Positions 12,972-26,049 of a stretch of 64,000 nucleotides of DNA are shown in pieces. The notes under the pieces were generated by a model. It did no database searches and was not told the origin of the DNA. It worked only from the letters and a program-made list of their open reading frames with translations. The stretch covers positions 20,832,001-20,896,000 of the forward strand of contig NC_042999.1 of NCBI RefSeq assembly GCF_006345805.1. Direction: 5' to 3'. The DNA is from Octopus sinensis (lineage: Eukaryota). Numbering within the stretch: the first letter of the stretch is position 1; the number at the start of each line of letters is the position of its first letter. Position numbers and translations under genes: made by a program.

Positions 12972-13100
12972 TTATATATATATTTATATATATATATATA
13001 TATGTATTTATTTCTATATGTATATATATATTTATATATATATATAATATATATATATATATATAAATATATATACATATATATATAGATATATACATAT

Positions 13101-13169
<69 letters not shown>

Positions 13170-13260
13170 ATATGTATGTATGCATGTATGTATATGTATT
13201 ATAAATATATTTGCATATATATGTGCATATGCAATTATGTGGTGTGTGCATGAGTGTTTA
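12610..13260. repeat. long compound (CA)n/(TA)n/(TG)n microsatellite tract
   Basis: Direct inspection. Explains the HTHT/YIYI ORFs. Confidence 0.95.
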
Positions 13261-13854
13261 TAGTATACATATAGCTATATATATATATGCCTTTATATAA
13301 GGTTATGTATGTGCTATCTATACATATGCATGTATGTATATGATCGCAATCTATTCCTATTTTCGTTTTAGAATTTTTGGCTGAATTTATTATATATATT
13401 TTCGTTTCGTTGTTGCGTATTCATCAATTAATCATTATAATTTCTCGGAGAATGACATTTTGTGAAATCGCGAAGTACACGGATATTTTTACAGAAAGAT
13501 TCAGAGATATACAACCGTACAAATAATGAGACTAATTAAGGTGATTATGGAGATGATGTGTTTGAGAAAAAGACTTTGAAAATCACAAGCAAAATAATAA
13601 GGAAAAAATACTATTCAATTTAAAATAGAAATATCTGTGGCAAATAAAAAAAAAAATTCGACTAAACATGAGTGCGCTCACATACAGGCATGGTAGGAAA
13701 AAGAAATATGGTAAGAGGACGTAGCTAACGATATGTTATTAAAACGCCATAATGGACCACTATTTCATCTTAACCCTCACCCACCGACCGCTTACGGCAC
13801 TGTAAAAACTGAAGGCAGAAAATGACATGAAATGCATATATTTCTAATGAAACC

Positions 13855-14295
<441 letters not shown>

Positions 14296-14940
14296 GTAGA
14301 ATTGGATGTGCAACGGTAATGCTTAATGAATATACTGTACGCTTTTAATCCTGAATTGTTACTGAATTCTAAATTTTTGTGTTGGCGGGAAGTAGTGATT
14401 GGGTATCCTTGTATCTGCATTTGTGTATGTGTTTGTGTCCAGTGTATATGTGTGTTTGTGTGTGTGTGTGTGTGTGTATGAGTGTGTGTGTGTATGTGTG
14501 TAAAATGTTAGGCTGGATAGACTGTAAAGCTGAACATCTCAATATAACCTTGTAATGATCGACTTTGTCACATTTTATGTTTGATTCCCTACCGTCACAA
14601 ATTTTCCTTTTCATTGCGGAGCTATTTATGAGATATTTTGTTGATATTTTGTTCATTTCTGGGTTTTGTATTTAGTTTGCAAGATCAATCTATCTTATTG
14701 AACGAGGATCGTTATGCGAATAATAAACACACGCACTAATTGAGTTTTCTTTTCGTTTATTAGGACTAGCCAACTAGGTAAACATTTAACCAATTGAGTA
14801 ATCAAACGTTTGCTCAATCAATTTCTTACAAACTAGGCTAATTAATCAAGTACTTAATGAGTTAACAGACCGAACAATTAATGAGTTGATAGACCAGAAG
14901 GTTAAGTATTTGACCAGCAATACTAAAAAGAAATGAAATA

Positions 14941-15310
14941 GGCGCAGGAGTGGCTGTGTGGTAAGTAGCTTGCTAACCAACCACATGGTTCTGGGTTCAG
15001 ACCCACTGCGTGGCGTCTTGGGCAAGTGTCTTCTGCTATAGCCCCGGGACGACCAATGCCTTGTGACTGGATTTGGTAGACAGAAACTGAAAGAAGCCTG
15101 TCGTATATATGTATATATATATATATGTGTGTATGTGTGTCTGTGTTTGTTCCCCTAGCATTGCTTGACAACCGATGCTGGTGTGTTTACCGATAACATA
15201 AGTACTGGGCTTACAAAAAGAATAAGTCCCGGGTTCGAGTTGCTCGACTAAAAGGCGGTGCTCCAGCATGGCCGCGGTTTGAAAAAGTAAAGGAGTAAAG
15301 GAGTAAAGGA
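14941..15310 (+). mobile_element. SINE family B
   Basis: Head GGCGCAGGAGTGGCTGTGTGG, CORE-like CTTGGGCAAGTG, internal (TA)(TG), B tail. Confidence 0.9.
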
Positions 15311-15690
15311 GAACCAGTGCATGTTTCTATTATTGGGATAATGACGATCTTGCAATGCAGTAAATGTCTTTTACTGTTATTCTTTCCTGTCTGTTGTTGC
15401 CGCTGAAAGGACTCTGATCATATGATGATCTTGACGGCTTTAGAAAGCCAGTTTAACAGCGAATACATTGGGCTGATTTCAACGTGTGCATTCTATTACT
15501 TTTATTCAACAGAGAAAACATAATGAAACATTTGTAAATAATGATTCTACAGATCTACTGTATCTATGTGTATCATTTGTCTCATAGTTTGTTTGGAATA
15601 CAAAACTCTAGATATTTAATAAACTCCCTGTAGACATGAAGCAGCAGTTACACAATAATTTGAACCCTCATTGCCTCGGATAACTACGAT

Positions 15691-16106
15691 TACTCTTTTA
15701 CTCTTTACTCTTTTACATGTTTCAGTCATTTGACTGCGGCCATGCTGGAGCATCGCCTTTAGTCGAGCAACTCGACCCCGGGACTTATTCTTTGTAAGCC
15801 CAGTACTTATTCTATCGGTCTCTTTTGGCGAACCGCTAAGTTACGGGGACGTAAACACACCAGCATCGGTTGTCAAGCAATGTTAGAGGTACAAACACAG
15901 ACACACAAACACATACATACATATACATATATATACATATATACGACAGGCTTCTTTCAGTTTCCGTCTACCAAATCCACTCACAAGGCATTGGTCGGCC
16001 CGGGGCTATAGCAGAAGACACTTGCCCAAGATGCCTCGCAGTGGGACTGAACCCGGAACCATGTGATTGGTTAGTAAGCTACTTACCACACAGCCACTCC
16101 TGCGCT
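15691..16106 (-). mobile_element. SINE family B, full length, inverted relative to 14941-15310
   Basis: Reverse complement of the B consensus with (TAAAAGAG)n 3' repeats. Confidence 0.92.
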
Positions 16107-16182
16107 TATTGGAGAAATTTTTAATACTACAATATTCATTCGTATTAGTTTTTTCCTTTCACTTAATATTTATAAATTTATG

Positions 16183-16616
16183 GGGACATTTTCAGTTTGA
16201 ACGGCAGTTTTTTCAAGGGGTATCATCTGAAATTGTCACCCATATTTATGACCCTAGTATCGATCTATTGCATTTCAATCTGTTTTAGGGTTAGCGTTAT
16301 TTAGGGTTAGGGCTAGGGGTGGGGGGAAAGGTATCTTTTTTTCGTCACAAGTGTAAATAAACCCAATCTGTTTCTTAAACGAGGGACATATTCATACGGC
16401 ACAGAATGCTTTTTAACTCAATGTACGTCAGTGATTGGTTGAAATTGCAGAAATTGAAGAAAAACAACAACAAATATCTTACAAACTATAGAATTTTCTC
16501 AATAAAGCCAAGAGAAAAAGATGTTTTATAAACACATTCTACCAGTATACGAAGTTAAAAATTTTTTTAGTTACCTAGAAATTATGTTAAAACTGCCGTT
16601 CAAACCGAAAAGAACC
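16183..16616. mobile_element. non-autonomous TIR element (MITE-like) with internal telomere-like TTAGGG repeats
   Basis: ~28-bp imperfect TIRs (core TTTTC[A/G]GTTTGAACGGCAGTTTT). Internal TTTAGGGTTAGCGTTATTTAGGGTTAGGGCTAGGG. Flanked by ~52-bp direct repeats. Confidence 0.75.
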
Positions 16617-17312
16617 CAATATTCCATCGTAGTAGTTTTTCCTTTCACTTAATATTTATAAATTTATGCTCGTGTGAAAGCAATAGTCTAAAGGCGACAA
16701 AGTGAAAAGCTAACTTTTATGTGTAGTGGCATATTAATGGAATCACTGTGATTTATCGTGTATTTTATTGCCCTTAACCTTTTTTTTTTTCAATTTAGAT
16801 GCTGTCATATAAAACCTAATGTCAACTTTGCTGTTAGTAACATTGACAATTGTATAGCATCTCGTAATTAACGATTCCACTATATAAGATCTGCAACCGC
16901 CTCGCACGTGAAAATTAATTACATACCTTCATAGCCTTGGCAACTGTTTACATTTGCAACTATGCCATTCCATTGAGATACCAAGCTAAGTGGTTTAAAA
17001 TGGCTGGTTAACAAGTCTACATATATTATCAATATAGAATCGGTTGCCATTAGCCTGAATATTACTATGGACGTCTGGACATCTCAGCGATTACAATAAC
17101 GCCCTACAGCTAATGTAATGTTTTTGAAACTGTACTTTTGCATGTCATACATCACACACGACTGATTCACCCAGATAAAGTAATTTGAAATTTGTTGTAA
17201 CTTTTCACCGGAATCATTTTTTTAATTTTCTCATTATACAATGTTTGTTATTATTTGTGTTTTCACGAACCCAGACTCTTAATTTTTAATATCATATTAT
17301 ATATTTTATAAG

Positions 17313-17471
17313 CGCAGGCGTAGCTGTGTGGTTAGCATAAGACATTTGCATTTCAAGCACATACTCCTGGGCTTCGACCGACTACATGGTATTTTGAAGT
17401 GTATTCTATCTGTAGACCAAAGCTGTTTGGGTGGATTTAGTGGACGGTACCTCACGGGGGCTCGTTATGAG

Positions 17472-17504
<33 letters not shown>

Positions 17505-17770
17505 ATGTATATATGTACATATATATATATGCATATATATATATGTATACATATATACATATATATATACATATATGTATGTATATATATATATATACAT
17601 ATATACATGTATATATATATATGGTTGTGTGTGTGTGTGTGAATTTGTGCCTGTATTTGTCAGCCACCACTACTTAACAACCAGTGTTGGTTGGTTCAAG
17701 TCCCTGTACCCTAGCGGTTCAGCAAAAGAGACCGATTATAATAAATACCCGGTTTTAAAAAGGACACTGG
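17313..17770 (+). mobile_element. SINE family B, degenerate
   Basis: Recognisable head, internal microsatellite and tail segment. Confidence 0.7.
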
Positions 17771-18082
17771 ATGGATTCAGATGAATCTTTCCGGGATGTT
17801 TTGGTCACTGGCACGAACTGATTATGCTTTCGGATCAATCCTGTACCGGACAAGCATTCTAGATTATTTTGCCTGTTTTTTTTACTTAATTTTTAGTATT
17901 CTCATTTGTGAGAACATTTCAGATATTCTCGTTTTATAAATCATCTCCGGCTAATCGTTGAGAGGATGTTGGTGTTGCCCAGGCGGAGCTCTCCTCTCTC
18001 TGAGTTCGCTTGTTTTATATTTATTTTCTACTGGTTATTGGACGAATGAAATATGGCCGTCATTTGGGATTGAGCATAATAT

Positions 18083-18306
18083 TTGTTTGTCTGTCCTTGT
18101 TTATCCCATCTGTGTGTAGCCCCTTGTGGGAAGTAAAGAAATAGGTATTACGTCTGCCGTTACGTTCTGAGTTCAAATTCCGCCGAGGTCGACTTTGCCT
18201 TTCAACATTTTGAGGTCGATAAAATAAGTACCATTTGAACACTGGGGTCGCTATACTCGACTTTCCCGTCGCCCAAACGTACAGGCTTTGTGCCAACATT
18301 TGAAAC
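18083..18306 (+). mobile_element. SINE A tail fragment fused to an internal A unit with the older tail
   Basis: AAAGAAATA|GGTATTACGTCTGCC junction at 18143/18144. Confidence 0.8.
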
Positions 18307-19729
18307 TAAAATTATCTGCCAGTAAGGCAGCAAGCTTGCATATTTAGCACGCCTAGCAAGAATAATATTTTTAATAATTTTTGTTTAAGACTGTATGTAA
18401 TACTGAGCAGTCAGAGACAACGTCTAGGCTCTCTACCATTGACCAAATAGTACATCGATGATCTTACAGCTAGAGTGAGGCATTGCTATATCAGCCGTCG
18501 GCTTGAGTAACATAAAATGATTAGATAATATTGACCCATCAGGAGTAAAGGTGGAATTCAAGGAATTGCCATGAGTAGTGGATTCAGTAGAAATCGAACC
18601 ACTAATGAAATATTACTAAAAAGTAAATAAGTATGTCAAATCGACAGGAAAAAGAAAATAAAAATAAAAAGAAGGAAAATAAAGAAAACAGAAAGAGTAA
18701 GTGTTTTATGCTATGCTTAATAATATCGGAAAATAGAAGAACAATTTTAGAGAACATATAACGGTTCAAATAATTGTAATGGTAGACGAGAATTAACTGT
18801 TAGTTAAATTCATGATAAAAACGGACAGTTTAAAAAGATTAATGTTAATGCATGTCATGAGGGGCGCATCTAGGTATTCATAACTCCATTATTGTATAAT
18901 ATTCTCATCATATTCGTTCTATGTATTGTCCTGTCTGTCTTTGTTTATCCCCCTCTATATTTAGGCCCTTGTGACTAATAAAGAAACCGAGTAAAATGAT
19001 TTACTTTACTCCCGTACATAACGTGTCGGTCCAGTCCAAGTATTGAAACCATGACCTTATGTCTTCAAATCTTGCAGCCTAACTCTTAATAATTAGTTGT
19101 CTGTTTTGATGTTATTAATGTGTCAACAGCTCACGACTACGATGATTCGAATTTCTTTTATCCGTTTCATCTGCACTAATATAGTCATATTTGAACAGAA
19201 TATAGATTAGGTTATCAGTGAGAGCAAAAAAAGTGTTTATATTGATGAACATTGATACAGGAATTTAATCGTAAATTATGGGAAGTCTTGCAGATTTAAA
19301 GTAATTAAGTTCTGAAACAGAGTAATTGATATGATATATGAAAATGAGCTGAAAGTGTATGTCAATGTATTCCATCGCTTTCAAATGAAGTGATTAGTAC
19401 AAAGACAACACACTAACGCGTATTATATATTTAAACCAGATATATTTTTCTTAAAATTTAACATCACTAAACTACTCTTGTAAAATGATAAAATGTTTTT
19501 GTTGCATATTTTAAATCGTTTCATTTTTTTGAGCAAATGAAAGAAAAAGGTGAAAAATTAAATTTGCTTCATAAGCACACTTGCAATAACTACTTAATAG
19601 GTGAACACGAACACGTATACATTTTTTATACATAGTACACAAATAGAACCATAAACAAGCCATGCTGTATTGGCAGAATCTTCAGAAGCACGGATAATAT
19701 GTGTCGCGATACATAAATCCGGCATGAGT

Positions 19730-19974
19730 GGAGGCGCGTGGCTTAGTGGTTAGGGTGTCAACACTATGATTGTAATTTTGTGGTTTCGATTCCTGAACCG
19801 GGCGACGCGTTGTGTTCTTGAGCAAAACACTTAATTTCACGTTGCTCCAGTCCACTCAGCTGGCAAAAATGAGTAACGCTGCGGTGGACTGGCTTCCCAT
19901 CCAGCTGGGGAACACATACGCCATTGAAACCGGGAAACCGGGCCCATGATCCTGGTTAGGCTTTAAAAGGGCGC
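19730..19974 (+). mobile_element. tRNA-headed SINE family D with V-domain-like tail
   Basis: GGAGGCGCGTGGCTTAGTGG head, TTCTTGAGCAAAACACTT body, GCGGTGGACTGGCTTCCCATCCAG segment resembling the V-SINE domain. Confidence 0.8.
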
Positions 19975-20450
19975 ACTAATTTTTATTTAAAAAATACAAT
20001 AAAAAGATAACAAAAATACATGAATACGGCATTTGTTCAAATAATATCCAAAGTAACTTTATCTTGCGTTCTTCGTGTGAAACCATTAGTGCGAAACACT
20101 TGTGACTTGGAAAAGTCTGACCACTTAAATTGCGATTCGGTTTCGAATCACTGCTAAAAGCCAATTAGGCCTTATATATATAAGCGCACAAAATTATGGT
20201 CAAAAACTCCTTTTAAAAACTATAATGTGAGAATAATATTATATGAACATCATTGTAGGTACAGCTTTTTACCTACGTCTTCTAATGAAATGAATGAAAT
20301 TAAATTGTGCCATGTGTCTATAATATCATCTTTTAACTCTTTCTGTATCTCATGTGTGTGTGATCGTTTGTATGTGTTTTTAAGTCGTTGTTCATTCCTG
20401 ATTAATGCAATTCGGATCGAATAGAACTAATGAGTTTCTATAAAAATATC

Positions 20451-20666
20451 GGTTTCAAATTTTAGCACAAAGCCAAGTGTTTCGGAGATGGGGTGGAAGA
20501 CGATTACATCGAACCTAGTGCTCAGCTTATACTTATTTCATCCACCCACGAAAAGATGGAAGGCAAAGTCGACCTCGACGTAATATGGACGAAATGCTAC
20601 GAACAGCCGGCTCTGCTTCCTAGGCATTGTGCCCTGCGTCCTAAGACGTTTGCCACCTCGCCACCT
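20451..20666 (-). mobile_element. SINE family A, older tail variant, degenerate
   Basis: Reverse complement of A head, Meta-like body and GCTTTGTGCTAAAATTTGAAACC tail. Confidence 0.75.
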
Positions 20667-20930
20667 TAGGTTGTTTACTAATATCAACTGATGGAAATTG
20701 AAGGTGGTGATCTGAGAGAACTTTTAGCACTCAACGAAAAAATGCTTAGCGGCATTTCGTCCATCTTTACGTTCTGAGTTCAAATTCCGCCGAGGTCCAC
20801 TTTGTCTTCGGTATTGGTAAAATAAGTACCAACTGAGCACCAGTGTAAATACTGTTTTATTGTTTAGAGATGGGGAATTCTGTACATTATTTACATCGGA
20901 TGGATTTGTGTCCTCATCTTCTTTGTTGTT

Positions 20931-20976
20931 AACACAACTTTTCGGCTAATTACTCTCCAGCCTTCATCAGGTTTCC
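20931..20976 (-). ncRNA. minimal type I hammerhead ribozyme motif (slightly degenerate)
   Basis: GGAAAC-CTGATGA-A-GGCTG(GAGAGTAAT)TAGCC-GAAA-AGTT-GTGTT: core CUGAUGA and GAAA intact, stem II pairs, stem I has one mismatch. Confidence 0.7.
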
Positions 20977-21048
20977 TGGTAGAATTTTGAACCCAACCGA
21001 AGCTTCTCATTCCTAAGGTATTTCTTTTGTTGCTGAATGCTATTATTA

Positions 21049-21088
<40 letters not shown>

Positions 21089-21388
21089 CATCATTATTAT
21101 TATTATCATTATTATTATCATTATTATTATTATCATTATCATTATTATTATTATTGAAAGCACTACCTGGAATTGAACTCAGAATCATGGGGTTAGTAGC
21201 CCGCGCTCTTACTCATTACGGGCATATAGCATGATGGTTAAGTGCGCGGGCTACTAACCTCAACCTCAAGATTCTGAATTCAATTCCAGATAGTGCCTTG
21301 AATAAATAATAATAATGATAATAAAAACATCAGCAAAAAAAAAATACCTGAGGAATGAGAACCCAGGGTTGGGTACAAAATTCTACCA

Positions 21389-21435
21389 GGACACCTGATG
21401 AAGGCCGGAGAGTAAATCAGTCAAAACGTTGAGGT
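21389..21435 (+). ncRNA. hammerhead ribozyme motif, degenerate (GAAA mutated to AAAA)
   Basis: GGACAC-CTGATGA-A-GGCCG(GAGAGTAAAT)CAGTC-AAAA-CGTT-GAGGT. Confidence 0.55.
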
Positions 21436-21901
21436 AATAACAAACAAAATGAGGACAAATATACGTCCAATGTAAATAATGTACTGGTGTCGATGTAATC
21501 GACTTACCCGTTCGTCGAATTTGCTGGCCTTATGTTCAAAATTCGAACGGTAATTTAATAGAAGTAAATGAATTTGAAATTTCTCAATGCTTCAGGCACA
21601 TTAATCTGAAACTAGTCTCTGACACTGCATTGTTAAAAGTACACAGATAACGTGAAACTCCGGCGCAATGATAAAAACACGACAGATGATACCGATATCC
21701 ACTTGTAGCTGTGAGTATTCAAATATCATAAATTTAAATACTTTACTCCAAGAGAAAAAAAAGAAACCTACAACTGTTATAATCTAACAAAACTGTCAAA
21801 AATTATTAGCACATCGCATATAAAAATGTGTCACACGACCTCAAATACGCATGCACTCACACACACACATGTATATAGAGATATATGTATGAATATATAT
21901 G

Positions 21902-22150
21902 TGGAGGCGCGTGGCTTAGTGGTAAGTGTGTCAGCACCATGATCATAAGATTGTGGTTTCGATTCCTGGACCGGGCGACGCGTTGTGTTCTTGATTAAAA
22001 CACTTCATTTCACGTTGCTTTAGTCCATCCGTTCGTGGTCGATAAATTAAGTACCAGTTACGCACTGGGGTCGATGTAATCGACTTAATCTGTTTGCCTG
22101 TCCTTGTTTGACCCCTCTGTGTTTAGCCACTTGTGGGTAGTAAAGAAATT
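21902..22150 (+). mobile_element. SINE D head followed by a 5'-truncated SINE A tail
   Basis: D head/body 21902-22029, then GGTCGATAAATTAAGTACCAG...TAAAGAAAT. Confidence 0.8.
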
Positions 22151-22164
22151 GGTATGAGCTACAG

Positions 22165-22700
22165 CGCTTTGTTTCACAGACATGTGACCAAGCTTGCGTC
22201 AACGCGGAAGTGAATGGACGGGTGGATTCTGAAAACTTTGAGGACAAATTGCCAGAACAATATACTAGTACTATGGGGAGTAATTTCCTCACCTTTCTAG
22301 ACTAGCTCTGTCAATTAGGGTGTCCCACAGTGACAAATTGATAGAAGAACGCGAACCAGTTCAGCGGTGCTAAAGCAAGAAGTTTCCTTCAATGGAACAG
22401 CTGAACTACAGTGACAGACTAAAAAGAATTACGACGCTACTTCCTGGAGCGAAGACGCGATATGCGGTGATATACAAATGGAAGGTCCCAGAGCGTATAG
22501 CGCCGAAATTTATACCAACCCCTGAACTGAACGTCACTGCACTGTTCCAAATGTCCCAACCATTCCATCTAGAATGAGTCCCACAGCTATTTAATGTCTT
22601 GTCAAAATATCTGACAAATATCTCCAAGAAACAACTTGTCGTCTTAATTATCCAACTTTCAAACGAAATTACATCACGACAAGAAATTTAAAATAGGGCG
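22165..22700 (+). mobile_element. CR1/L2-group LINE 3' fragment, old
   Basis: GWILKTLRT, MEQLNYSDRLK, RYAVIYKWKV; same family as 8620-11449. Confidence 0.75.
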
Positions 22701-23219
22701 GAAACAACAAACTCTCTCATTCACCAAAACTCAATCACAGGAGAATGGATATTGAAGTAAAGGTGATAACACTGTCATTATCCCAGGATGGTCATAGCTT
22801 TTAGGCTAAAAGGCATGAACGTATTAAAAAATAAGGAATATATATATACACAGATACATACATACATACACACATATATACAAACAGAAATACGCACATA
22901 CACAAATATATGCATACATACATGCATAAATACATACATGTATAAATATACACATGTATACATACGTGAATACATAAATGCATACATATATATATGGTTT
23001 CAAACATTATATAAACATATAGTCACCTCCTTAAATACTATAGAAAATATACTGCAAATATACCAACGTATACCAGAACACACACACATAAGTACATGCT
23101 ATATATATATATATATATAAATATATATATATAGTGTAATAAATAAAATATATGCATACATACATACATATATGTACGTACCTACATCTACATGTCTATA
23201 TACATACATATATAAATAC

Positions 23220-23252
<33 letters not shown>

Positions 23253-24004
23253 GAGAGAGATAGAGATATATATACATCTATTGAAATATATTTAACATTT
23301 CCATTCAATTAATTCTATCACATTATTTTCCTCGTTGCAAATTGTTCAGAGACCTCTGCCAAGGCAAAAAAATATCTATAGAAATATATACATATACATA
23401 CATACATACACACATACACACATACACATATACATACGTACATACATACTTGCGTACGTGCGTATTTCTGTATGTATATAAATGTGTGTCACCTGGGAAA
23501 ATATATTCTGCTCAATTTAGCGTCTAAAATCTGTTTCGATACCGTTCAGAGACTAATTTTCAGAAATTGTTTTTCTATTCCGCCAAGACTTTGCTATGAT
23601 TCACCATTTACGTACAATTTTATATTTATTGAATTCAGTTTCAGGGTAAGACAGACGGAGTATATTACCAAGAGTATTTTGCCTCCGTATTACCGGAAGT
23701 GTCTACAGTTTATTGTCTTAATGTTAAAACGTTGATAAAGCTAAGCTGTTATTAGAAGATACACATTAAAATACCCAGATACATGGATACACGCGGTCAC
23801 ACATAATGCACCTACATGCACATACGCGTACCAGTGTGTATGCGTGTGTGTGTGTGTGTCAGTGTGTATATACACACACACACATATATATATATGTGTA
23901 TATATATACGTATATAAATATATATGTATATATGTGTATGTATATATATATATTTAAATACATATGTACATACACTCGCACAGGTATATACATATATGTA
24001 TATA

Positions 24005-24043
<39 letters not shown>

Positions 24044-24243
24044 ATTATGCGTGAGTGTGTGTGTGTGCGTGTGTGTGAGTGTTAATTTAAATGGATTTTG
24101 TGTTTTAAAGACGTACAAAGTGCAATATAAAATTATACCAGACATTTCATGATCATTAGATTTCATTTCTTAGTCACTCATTTTCACTAATATATAAAGT
24201 GGCAGTTTGCTTTTTCGTCCTTTCCCCGTTGATCATACGCACA

Positions 24244-24296
<53 letters not shown>

Positions 24297-24417
24297 CAAC
24301 CATTCCATTTTATGCGAAGCACTCAGATTGCAAAATATTTTCGTTCAAAAACAGCTGATAATATGCATATCACAGGGGAAAATGTACGTAACGCTAGTAC
24401 CTTTGGTAAATAATTTA

Positions 24418-25640
24418 TATTGCGTTAGCCAAAATATCCATTTAAATTGTTAAATACCAAGGGATTTATTAAATCATGGTATAATTACACTTTCGTTACA
24501 GTGCTTGCTTCCATATTGGAAGCACATCCGTTAATCCTTGCGCAAAGGATTTTCTATCTGTACTAGCAAAAAACTCTTCCAGGAGAATTTTGACATCCCC
24601 TTCAGATGTGTATATCTGTCCGTTTAACGACATTTAGAGATAGCATTATAGGTTCAAATTTGAAGGTGTTTGTCTCAGTATCTTCCGCTGTGTCTACAAA
24701 AATCTCTCCGGTCTGGCATGGTTGTGATGAAAGAGAATATCTCTATTACAATCCAGTACTAGGCGCTTCTTGTTGATCACTGCGCTTAATTTGTCCAACG
24801 TATCACAGTAAATATCCGAACTGATGTTCTTGTCCATTGGAAGACGCTTCCAAACGACAACGTCCTTCACATTCCATGAAATTGATAGCATAATTTTTTT
24901 CATGTGAAATTCTGCTTTGGATATTGTTTATGAGGGTTCGTCACGCTTGCCCATAACTGTTTGCGCTTCGTTGCAGACATTTTACTTTTCGTCCGCTGTC
25001 ATCAATCAATTCGAAAATAGGATAGCTTACTGCACATATCTTCAACAAGTTGCACGTGGAAAACCGTTGGGCGAAGTTAGCCTCATTCAATTGACGTGGC
25101 ATCCAAACGTCGAGCCTACTGATGTAACCAGTTTCATGCAAATGATTTACAACATTTGGTTTAGATATTTGGAGTATATCTGAAAGCATCCCAGTCATAT
25201 AATCAGGACTGGCACTGCCTTACTTCTTCATTTTCTTACTCTTAATCTCAGTTAGTCAGCCAGAGTGAGGTGCGTCTTGAACCAGAGAATTTCTCTATCA
25301 AAATCTTGAAAACCAGAGTCCTCTCCGAACTCACGGTCCATAACAGTATACTCTCCGTACTCAACGCATATTTTCCTGCAAGTTTCCGCTGCACTCCTCA
25401 ATAATTTAAATATAAAAGCTTAATGTGTCTATAATATTCGTACTGGTTCTCCATTTTCCAGATGATCCTCAGCAGAAAATATACGATCTGCCTCGTCGAA
25501 AGTTCATGTCAAAGTGTGTTGAAGTGTATTTCATCTCAAGTGTGCGCTTGCTCAAGGGACAAATTGAGGTTAGCTACTTACCCGAGCGCTTGAATTCTAG
25601 TGTTGACAAAAACCGAACGCACTTTGGGGCCAATCCACAA
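24418..25640 (-). mobile_element. decayed mariner transposon, near full length
   Basis: Transposase remnants AETCRKIC (HTH), VWMPRQL (WVPHEL motif), KKIMLSISW, LFHHNHARP. Degenerate TIR-like ends TATTGCGTTAGCCAAAA and TTTGGGGCCAATCCA. Confidence 0.85.
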
Positions 25641-25775
25641 AACTAATAAGCTTTCTTGGTCCCTGTGGCTGTTACGATGTTTAAGTAACATGTTTAGTCA
25701 AAACGAATTTTATACCTTTTATGTAAGTATATTTATTTCACAGAAACACACACACACGCGCGCATGTATATATAT

Positions 25776-25844
<69 letters not shown>

Positions 25845-26049
25845 TGTGTGTGTGTGTGTGTGTGAGTGTGTATGTGAGTGTGAGTGTGTTTATGTACATA
25901 TATATATACATTTATATATATATGTATATATATATATATATATACATATAGATGTTTATATGTGAGCGTGTACACACATACACACACATATATATATATA
26001 TTATATATAATTATAATATATACATTATATATATATATATATATACACT

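Larger units (their letters stand above)
20841..21484. mobile_element. head-to-head inverted pair of an element: tRNA-like head + (AAT)n + Penelope-like tail with hammerhead motif
   Basis: Left arm (-) to 21220 and right arm (+) 21221-21484 are reverse complements across head, AAT tract and tail. A-box-like TAGCATGATGG and B-box-like GAGTTCAATTCC. Confidence 0.8.
20703..21548 (+). mobile_element. older SINE A copy split by the hammerhead-bearing inverted element
   Basis: 5' part 20703-20840 ends AAGTACCAACTGAGCAC. 3' part resumes at 21485 with TGGTGTCGATGTAATCGACTT, as in the consensus. Confidence 0.75.

Noticed and set aside
16295-16322. TTAGGG repeats as a telomere or fusion scar
   Set aside because: Short, degenerate and internal to a dispersed TIR element.
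16930-17060. RFX X-box-like half sites (CCTTGGCAAC, GTTGCCATTAGC)
   Set aside because: Imperfect matches only, with no gene context.
20891-21234. Poly-I, poly-N and poly-L ORFs
   Set aside because: Translations of the (ATT)n tract within the inverted element.
21221-21297. Functional tRNA gene
   Set aside because: Acceptor and anticodon stems do not pair fully and the sequence runs into a repeat tail; treated as a SINE-like head.
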